From the NCBI RefSeq assembly GCF_009914755.1, contig NC_060937.1: a DNA stretch of 64,000 nt; one strand, written 5' to 3'. Position numbers and translations under genes: made by a program. Below are positions 51,296 through 64,000 of the stretch, piece by piece. Origin of the DNA: the human T2T-CHM13v2.0 reference genome, Homo sapiens. How positions within the stretch are numbered: position 1 is the first letter of the stretch; the number at the start of each line of letters is the position of its first letter. A model generated the notes under the pieces. That model was not told the DNA's origin, did not search any database, and saw nothing but the letters and a program-made list of their open reading frames with translations.

Positions 51296-52063
<768 letters not shown>

Positions 52064-52711
52064 CTGCCAGGAAAATTGTAAAGTCTACACACAGTGGAGC
52101 TACTAGTGTAGTGAGCACCATGTGCAGTTCTTGCGGACCTCTCCTTGCACACCACTGTTTTTATTCTGAAGTATTTTATAGCACGTATTGCAGTCCTGTA
52201 AATTGATGCTATTTTTTTTAAAGTTTGTTGAATTGCAGTATCCTAAATTCCCAAACCCATGTCCACTGACAACCTAGCACACTCTTTTTTTTCCCCAAGA
52301 GAAACTCGTTTCTTATTAAATTTTGCATTAGTGTCAAATCGGTTGACTGTTTTTTTTGTTAAAGCACTGTCATATTTTTTTCTATAATATATACTCTTTG
52401 ACCTACTGTGAAATATATTTAAAGTAGAAGATTTATGTGTATGTCAGACAAATTGTGAAAGAAAATAGTAGCAAACTTGTTAGTTAGCCAGATAATGTGA
52501 GGCAGTTTCTCACTGTCTGTCTTTGAAGGGAGTTGCAAATATAGAATAGGGGAAAGTTAAAATAAATCCTACATTGTTGAAATGTTTGGAATCAGAGGTA
52601 TCAATGTGAAGTCATTTTTTTTTTAATCAGTAGACACAGAAACAGATTTAGATGTATTTGCTTAGGGCTTAACTTTACAAACTTGGCAGAAACCATCTTA
52701 ACCAGTAATAA

Positions 52712-52958
<247 letters not shown>

Positions 52959-53083
52959 GTGCCTCCTGATTTGATGCTGAAAAAAGCACAACATTACTTC
53001 TGTGGTATTCCAGATAAAAATACATTAATCAAGAGGAAACATTTTCCCAAATTAACTGGTCTATGCCCTGCAAGTCTGGAAAG

Positions 53084-53455
53084 TGTCTTAGTCAATTTGG
53101 ACTGCTATAATAAATATACCGTAGAATGGGTGGCTTAAACAACAGTCATTTATTCCTCCAGTTCTGTAGGCTGATAAGTCCAAAATCAAGGTGCTGGCAG
53201 ATCCGGTGTTTGGTAAGGACCCACTTCCTGGTTTGCAGATGGCCATCTTTCTTGCTGTGTTCATTCATGGCTGAGAGCAGAGGGAGAGGAAGCAGCTCTT
53301 GTGTCTCTTCTTATAAGGGCACTGATGCCATCAGGAGGGCTCCACCCCCACCACCTCATTACCTCCCAAAGGTCCTGTCTCCTCATACTGTCATATTGAG
53401 AGTTAGGCTTTTATCATATGAATTTTGAGGGGACACAACCATTCAGTCCATAGCA
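53084..53455 (-). mobile_element. MLT1A-like MaLR LTR
   Basis: tgtcttagtc...gggtggcttaaacaacag...cattcagtccatagca. Confidence 0.88.
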
Positions 53456-53591
53456 CAAGGAAAATCATGAAGGACAAGCAAAGTTAAGGAACTATTCAGG
53501 TTGAGAGAGACACCAAAGAGACATGAAAACTAAATGTATGAACCTAAATTAGATCTTAGACATACCATAAAGGACATTATTAGGGCTATTA

Positions 53592-53785
53592 GAATTTGAA
53601 TAGAGTTTGTGGATTAGTTGGTAATATTGGGTTAATAGTAAATTCCTGTTTTGTTGACTGCACTGTGCTGTCGACAAAATGTTAGTGACAGCAAAATGTT
53701 GTTGATAGCACAGTGCAGTCAACAACATCAGGAAGTTACTATTACTCCAGTATTGCCATCTAGTTCACAGACTCTGTTCACATTC
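53592..53785. repeat. Long inverted repeat (arms 53592-53680 and 53696-53785, 15-nt loop)
   Basis: Hand alignment of 90 columns: 74 Watson-Crick, 9 transitions, 6 transversions, 1 gap. Confidence 0.95.
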
Positions 53786-56654
53786 ACTAAGGAGAGGGTC
53801 CTTGTACTTGGGAATAAATGCGGAAGTATTAAAGGGTAATGGGACATCATAAAATGTATTCTTTACTGCTCAGAAATGTTAGCAGCTAGGGAATCTGGGT
53901 GAAGGGTGTAAGGGAACTCCGTGTACTATTGCTATAACTTTTATGTATATCTGAAATTGTTTTACAAGAAACAAACAAGATACAAAGAAATACCTCCCCA
54001 GGATGTTTATTAGAACAATAGAGGCTAACTATACCATTTTTCTATTTCTTATTAGGTGCAATAAAAGGACACTGGTAACTGTAAATTTAACAGTTAAAAG
54101 TAAGGTCATGGCGGTGGCTTACAGCTGATAGTGCCCTGTATACTCTGTACAAGTGCATGCTTTATTATGATCAACCTAATGGATAGTTAGTTTTGTTTTT
54201 TTTTAAACCAGGGTCTTCCTTGAGATGTAATGGGCACAGAGTAAACGGCTGATTGTTAGCTTATTCTGTGGATGTATGTGATGAGTGGGTCTGGGGCATC
54301 AGTTTCTATATCTCACCTTTACCTATCAAAGAAATTGGACAAACCATGATAGCAAACAAATGAAAAGAAAAAGGAGTTTTATTGTTCATGCTTACAAAAG
54401 AATCCTGTTAATCAATTTGTAATCCACCAATTATTTTGGGAATAAAATTGTAGCAAATAAATTTAAGATAGAAACATAAAACTATTAAACATGTTATTTG
54501 TATTATAATGTAAAATATAATTAATATTTTAGTATGTACATATTAGGAATAATGTCACTGGTGGCCCCAGAGGCTAAAAAACAGAATGCAAACCTGCTGG
54601 AAAATCCTTGGTAGATAGGAGCATAGAAAACAGAATATCAAATGCATTTATTGTTGGCCAGGAGACATGGACTACTAGGGGAAATTCTGAGTGTCTAAGG
54701 ATAGTACTAGAATGCTAAACAGTCACAGATAATAATATAAAGTAGGTAGGATTAACAAGAAACAGCACATCACAGTCACAATGTGTGGGAATTAGGCAAA
54801 GGAAATACGTAGCCATTTTTATGGACGTCTTATAGTCCACTTAGACAATAGATGTATTCTGTGGTGGTAAACCACCAGCTTAGGTAATGGGATTTATTGG
54901 AGGACATCAGTGGTAGCAAAATACATATGAAAAGCAAAAGCATACTAATAGGAATCTGATGAAATTAACAGAATAAATAATGGAGGAGATATTAGTGAAG
55001 AACAAGAAAAATTGAAGAACAGTAAAAGTAGGCATGCTTGGAAAAGGAGAAAAATAGATCTCTAATAATCATTTTTGGGGAGGAGTATAGAGCGTCACTA
55101 AGTTGAACTACCACCAACAGCCAGCATTCATTGAGGGCTTATTATGTACTAGGTGCTGTTCTAAGGGCTTGACTTCATTCCTCACAACCACTCCTTGAAT
55201 ATGCATTTTACATATGAGAAAATGGACACATGAACAATTAGGTTACTTGTGGAACTGAGGTTCAAACACAAGCATTGCGACCATTCACGGCAATACTGCA
55301 TAGAAACACAGGATTCCACCATAATCAGGTAGGGGAGCGAAAGGCAGTTTCAATTGTTCTTTATGTAAAGAACTCATCTACCTGGAGTTATTCATTAAGC
55401 TGATATAATTTACAGTGTGATCTGCAGAGAATGACCTTATCACACCAATCCAAAAGAAACTACTACTATAATTAAACTGTGGGCAAAATAATGTAGGATA
55501 TTTTTGTAGACCGTAAAACTGAAATTAAAGTTGTTACTGATCAATTAATGAGGTGATAATTAAACAGAAACTAGCCAACCTGACTGATTGTAGACCAATA
55601 CCTAAAATTTGTTTTTGCAATTCACATCCTTTGAGATATATTTAATTACATTTATAACACATGGATATTTAATATAATCTTTTGTGACAGATTGACAGAT
55701 CTTCACTATCATTATGTGTAATTCCTCTTGATGTTTTTGTCATTATTACATATATATTTGGGAGAGAAATAAAAGGCTGTTTCCAAGGTGATGGTGATAA
55801 AGAGCAAACTTATAAAAATGGTTGCCTCCTTTTGTTTGTATAAAACAACCATCTCATTTCCCTCTGGGAGGTCACTAGAGGTATGATAGCTCTGTTTTGA
55901 AATAATATTTTAGTAAATAGGAAAGCAGGGTAAAGAAAGCCTCCCCTTTTTGTGTTATGTTAAGGTTTAAAACTGTGTTACAGTTTATACTAAAACATTA
56001 AGAATCAATTATTATAAGAGCATTAAATTGTTTGAGTTTTGTCATGCTTTGCCTAGAAATCAGCACTGAAGCGAGTGACTTAGCAACGTTATTAGATCTA
56101 TTAAATAATTGGAAATTTATGTGCTTATTGTCAGCATCTTGGCTTTTTAGAATTTTAAAGTATGTTTGTGCTTCACATCTCTAGTTGCAGTTTATGTAGA
56201 ATTTAGTGAACTATAATAACGTTGGATGGTGGTAATGTCACAGTGTAATTAACTGCATAGCATACAAAGTTCTTTGTTAATGGGGAATGGGATATACATC
56301 ATCTATTTGATATATAAGTTAATAATCATACTTTTTGTTAGCAGTAGTTAAATGATAAGAACTAAAAAGAAGCAATAAACATCTCCATCTCTAAAACAGT
56401 CTTGCAAATATGCAGTGAGCATCTACTGTATACAAGCACTATATCTTCATATTTAGATTACATTTGCTATTTTGCTTTTCACATGTGAACTTAAGTGAAA
56501 TACTCTAAGGAGTATTGCAAGGTAATTGCCCCTATAAATTACATAATTTATATGGCTCTTTAACTTTTTTAGATGTAAAATGGGAGGAGGAGAGCGTTGA
56601 GTTGGAGTGTATTATTTCTAGGATTCTTTCTAGCCCACAAGTCGAATCAGAAAA

Positions 56655-56943
56655 CAGTGGCTCATGCCTGTAATCTCAGCACTTTGGAAGGCTCAGGTGA
56701 GAGGATTGCTTGAGGCCAGGAGATCGAGACCAGCCTGGGCACATAGTGAGACCACACCTCTACAAAAAAAAAAAAAAAAATTAGCCAGGCATGATGGCAA
56801 ACATCTGTAACCCCAGCTACTCAACCCGCTGATGTGGGCAAATTGCTTGAGCCCAGGGGGTTGAGGCTGCAGTGAGCTGGATCCCACCACTGCTTTCCAG
56901 CCTGGGTGACAGAGTGAGACCCTGTCTCCAAAACAAAACAAAG
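56655..56943 (+). mobile_element. AluJ
   Basis: TSD aatcagaaa. Confidence 0.9.
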
Positions 56944-57713
56944 CAATCAGAAATGTACAGATCTTTTTCCACAGTTTGTGCAGAACAGTCACTTCTAAGA
57001 TATACTATGAAAGTCTATTACAGGAGCAGGAACTAGTTATTCCTTTCTGAGAATTAGATATAACTTGACCAACAAATCGGTTTTTTATCCTTCATATCAT
57101 CTTCAGAAGTAGAAGCAAGATATATGATCAAAGTCTTTTTAAAAATAGCAGAATACCGGGGTTTTTATTTTATATTTTCACTCTGCACAATGCTAATCTC
57201 CTTAACATTTGATGACAAAGAAAAAACTTGGAATTTGTGTATGACAAAAAGAATGACTTATGAGGTGAATCGAAAACACTTTTTACAGCCTCTGTCTTCC
57301 TAAAGTTTATTGTTTTTGGAAATAGTTTTTTGGCAAATATTTTGTTTTGTAAGTTTTACATTTCTAAAGTTGAATAAAATTAAATGTTTAGCAGGTGCTT
57401 GTTGTAATAGAAGCTATAATATTTTAACTATGTCATGAGGTATCTCTGAGGAAGTGTTTCTTTTTTGTTTTTTAATGGTAAAGGATGTCAGTAATATCTC
57501 TCAAATGTCAAATTAATTTAGGGTGTGTACTTTCTTTTTCCCTATGATGACGTAGATAGGAAAATCGAATGTTCCAAACAACTCATGGAAAATGTTCCAC
57601 TTCAGCGTTATTTGTACCACAAATGCAGTGAAATGCTTTTAATGGAATCCAGAGTGATAGGTGGATTATGACATGTGGGGAGATGCCTTCTTGAAATAGG
57701 ACATAAATCATGG

Positions 57714-58705
<992 letters not shown>

Positions 58706-58979
58706 TGATATGTTTGGTTAAGCTGGGGAAAGTTTTCAGAAAATAGAGTACACTGAGATGAATTTCATGAACTGTACCCACCAAAGCCTTGTCCTGGTTA
58801 ATTCAAATTTATAATGCCAATAGTTTAAATTAGCATTTAGCCTTTAAGTGACGGTGGAATGGTGAGGCATATGATGTTTTTATACCAAACACTCCGTGCT
58901 CCATGTCTTTTTTGGAGTTTACACTTTTCAAAAACAGGCGGCACTTCCATGTGTTTATTTCCCCTTCATCTCTGTTTAG

Positions 58980-60080
58980 TGAATGATTGGTTTCATCTTT
59001 ACAAAGATTATTCTGGCTGTAGTGGGGAGAACCAGTTGGAGATATGGAAGATGTATGTGGGGAGGCCAGAGTATCGTGGCAGTCTGCCTGAGAGATGCAG
59101 TGGCCGGGGTTTGGTCTAAGATGTTATTGGTGGAGACGGAGAGAATTTGCGGTATTTGAGAGCCACTCCAGCCTCCATTATTTCTAATTCTATGTCCTCT
59201 ACCCTTCTCTGTCATCTCTCCACTGCCTCCCAGCCCCTTCCACTGTGCCCCCTGTATTGCCCACTTTCAGACCAACAGCCTTTTGTATCAGCCTTTTCTG
59301 GAATGTTCCACTAATTACTTACCCTAACTAAAACCTTAGGGTAGTTTTGTTCTCATACCACACGCACCTCCAAGACAGGAGGTGGGATTACTTTCCTCCT
59401 TGTGTCATTCAGGACGACTGCTCCGCTCTTTCTTGTAAGCCCTTTCTTTTTTGAAATCACATCATCAGTCTTCACTACCTCATCTTCCTCTTGGCAACCT
59501 TCAGCTCCCCTTCCCTGTATCCCTCTCCCTGCACGTGAAGACCAGCAGCCAGTTCCTGGTCTGTCTGTCTGTCTCCATACAATCATTATTCCCTGTATTT
59601 TCTCTCCATCCACAGACACCACTCCTGTTTTTACATCCTTTATCCAATCCCTGGCCTGGCATTATAGTCACTCACTCATGAATACCCTTAACTGCTCACT
59701 CCTTCATTCTTCCATCAGTCTCAAACTTAGAGGAACTCTGCCTCCACCTTCCCTATGCCTGCGCATGAGCACCTTACCATGGCTGGTGAACGTCCCATAC
59801 CAAGGGCACAGTTAACATGCGTCTGCTGGTCAGGGCCAGCTGAGCATCCTACACTGGGCAGAAGGGTTGCTGTTTCTCTGATAACTTCTCCTCCCTTATC
59901 CTCAGTGATTCCTTCCTGTCTTCACCACTGTATTCACATGTCCCACGCTCCTGCTGCAGCTGACACTACTTCTGAATGTCCCTCTTCTCTATACCACCAG
60001 GGCTCTAGATCTGATCACCATGACTTTTAGTTTTATTTCCTCTAATTCATTGTCCAAGCTATAGCCTGCATGATCTTTCA
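58980..60080. mobile_element. L2 remnants in both orientations
   Basis: GA-rich piece at 58980-59160, then CT-rich L2-ORF-like text. Confidence 0.55.
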
Positions 60081-60084
60081 AAAA

Positions 60085-61063
<979 letters not shown>

Positions 61064-61813
61064 TCAGATTATAGAAGGTTATGGGGAAAGGTGTATGGTA
61101 AGAAAATAGCTGCAGAGAACTTGTTTTAGAACCTGTCAGAGAAAGGAAGAGACACAGTTAGGGAGCTATGGAGTCGTGCATGTGTTTGAAAGCAGAGGCG
61201 AGACGCCAGTGTAGACTGAAAGCTGGAGAACAGCGAAGTTAAAAGGATTAACTAAGAAGCAGAGAGGGCATGAGATGGGAGTGAAGGAAAGAGCATGGCT
61301 GGTTAGGCGAGAAAATAAGGACTTGGGCCTATGGCTTCGATTTTGGTAAAGAGAAGAAGTCATCTGCTGAGAGTAGGGGGCAGGGTTATAATTAATGTAA
61401 GTTTGGTGCACTTGAGTCCTTGGTCAATTTCAGGGCAAATTATATAATCTTTGTTTACATTAGCATGGCTGCTAAACACCTCTAGCGTTGTGTCTTTGGA
61501 TAGTTTATGAAATACAGAGTTTTTTGCATAATTTAAACTACTCCAGTGTTTTCACAGTGCTAAGACATTTTGATAATATTGTCTGCCTTGAAAGGAGCAG
61601 ATTTTACTTGTGCCTCAGGATATTATGTCATTTATCACTTCACTTTTGGCTTATTTTTCTTTTTATCCCCACACTGAATTTGATTTAATTTGTTAGCTTT
61701 TATTGTCAATTAAAGGCAAAATGTCAAAAAGTTCTAACCTCAAACAGAGGTATGTGAGCAAAACACTCACTTTATAATATTGGAAATAGCCATATTAGAA
61801 ATTAAATGTCTGA

Positions 61814-62740
61814 GGTCAGATATGGTGGCTCACGTCTGTAATCTCAGCACTTTGGGAGACCAAGGTGGGAGGACTGCTTGAGCCCAGGAATTCGGGACCA
61901 GCCCTGGCAACACAGTGAGAACCTGTCTCTCCAAAATAAATTAATAAATATATAAATCTGGAGGTGGTAGCTCGTGCCTGTAGTCCCAGCTACACGGGAG
62001 GCTGAGGTGGGAGGATTACTTGAGCCTGGGAGGTCAAGGCTCAGTGAGCCATGATCATGCCACTGCACTCCAGCCTGGGTGATGGAGTGATGCCCTATCT
62101 CAAAAAAACAAAGACATTAACCATCTAAATACATCTGAAATAAAAGGGCTTTGTAACCACAGAATTATAGATGTAGCAGAGATATTTGACCTTGTTAGTT
62201 CAGGTCTCTTTCAGATGAGGAAGAGAGATTATCTGAAACACATTGTAAAATTTGGTGTTGTAGTTGAAGTCTGTAAATCTACAACCAGAGAAATAGAAAT
62301 TAGTATCCACCTGTTAACTCAAATGCAGTTTAAAAAAAACAGCTACGATTTATTGTGTGCCTACTAGTGAAAGGTCTGAAGTGGTTGTTGATTGCATATT
62401 GTAATGACAGAGAAAATGAGCACACTTCACTTGAAAAAAAAACTTTAGAGTGGATGTAGTGGCTCATGCCTGTAATCCCAGTACTTTGGGAGGCCGTGGC
62501 GGGCCAATCATCTGAGGTCAGGAGTTTGCAACCAGCCTGGCCAACATGGTGAAACACCGTCTCTACTAACAATGCAAAAATTAGCCGGGCCTGGTGGCAG
62601 GCGCCTGTAATTCCAGCTACTCAGGAGGCTGAGACAGGAGAATCGCTTGAACCCGGGAGGTGGACGGAGGTTGCAGTGAGCTGAGATTGCGAGACTGTGC
62701 TGCAGCCTGGTCCACAGAGTGAGGCTTAAAAAAAAAAAAA
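61814..62740 (+). mobile_element. AluJ (61814-62112) and AluS (62448-62740)
   Basis: Sense dimers. Confidence 0.92.
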
Positions 62741-63169
62741 ATTAATGTACTGTATGTATATATGGTACAAAGTTCAAAAAGTCCAAATGGATTTGTGGGG
62801 AAAAACAAGCCTCCCTTTCATACCTGTTCCTCAGCTATTCTGTCGCTCTTAAGCATTTGTCCAGAGATACTCTTTGCATTTAAAAACACACATGTATAGT
62901 TATTTTTTTCTTAAAAAATGATAGCACACTGTATACACTATTCTGTATTTTCTTGAAAATGGTTTCAAATCAATATGTATAGAGATGACTCATTTTTTTA
63001 AAGAAGGGGCACTAAGTTTTTACATTCTACAGAATATGTATTTATTTGATATACTTTAAGGAAATCTTTGCTGGGTGTAAAATTGGGGGACAACATTTCC
63101 TTTTTTTTTTAGTACTTAGACTATATTGCTGTGTGGTCTTCTGTATCTGTGTTGCTTTTGAGAAATTAG

Positions 63170-63963
<794 letters not shown>

Positions 63964-64000
63964 ATAATTCTTTCTCTAGCCTTAAAGTTCTATAAACATA

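Overview
Primate (human-like) genomic DNA from inside the PCCA gene (propionyl-CoA carboxylase alpha subunit), + strand. The only host coding sequence I can support is one 103-nt internal exon at 9988-10090 encoding (R)[34 protein letters not shown]; from memory this is exon 19. The rest is intron, including more than 53 kb downstream with no next exon. It contains about 37 Alus, L1/L2/MIR fragments, MaLR LTRs, an ERV1 solo LTR, a rearranged L1PA7/8-like element, and a two-LTR MER61-like provirus nested in an MST LTR. I find no evidence for a new multi-gene system, and the supplied ORFs are almost all repeat-derived or chance. The most unusual signals are local templated-copy scars. (i) A ~90-bp-arm fold-back hairpin at 53592-53785, where all 9 transitions give G-U pairs on the PCCA sense strand. 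(ii) A patchwork inverted insert at 14041-14189 that preserves an empty Alu site. (iii) A 175-bp ungapped copy pasted into an L1 at 27616. (iv) An L1PA with an internal inversion and no 3' end. There is also a candidate in-frame 45-nt cryptic exon and a MIR-derived triple AP-1 cluster. Repeat subfamilies and boundaries were called by eye and are approximate.
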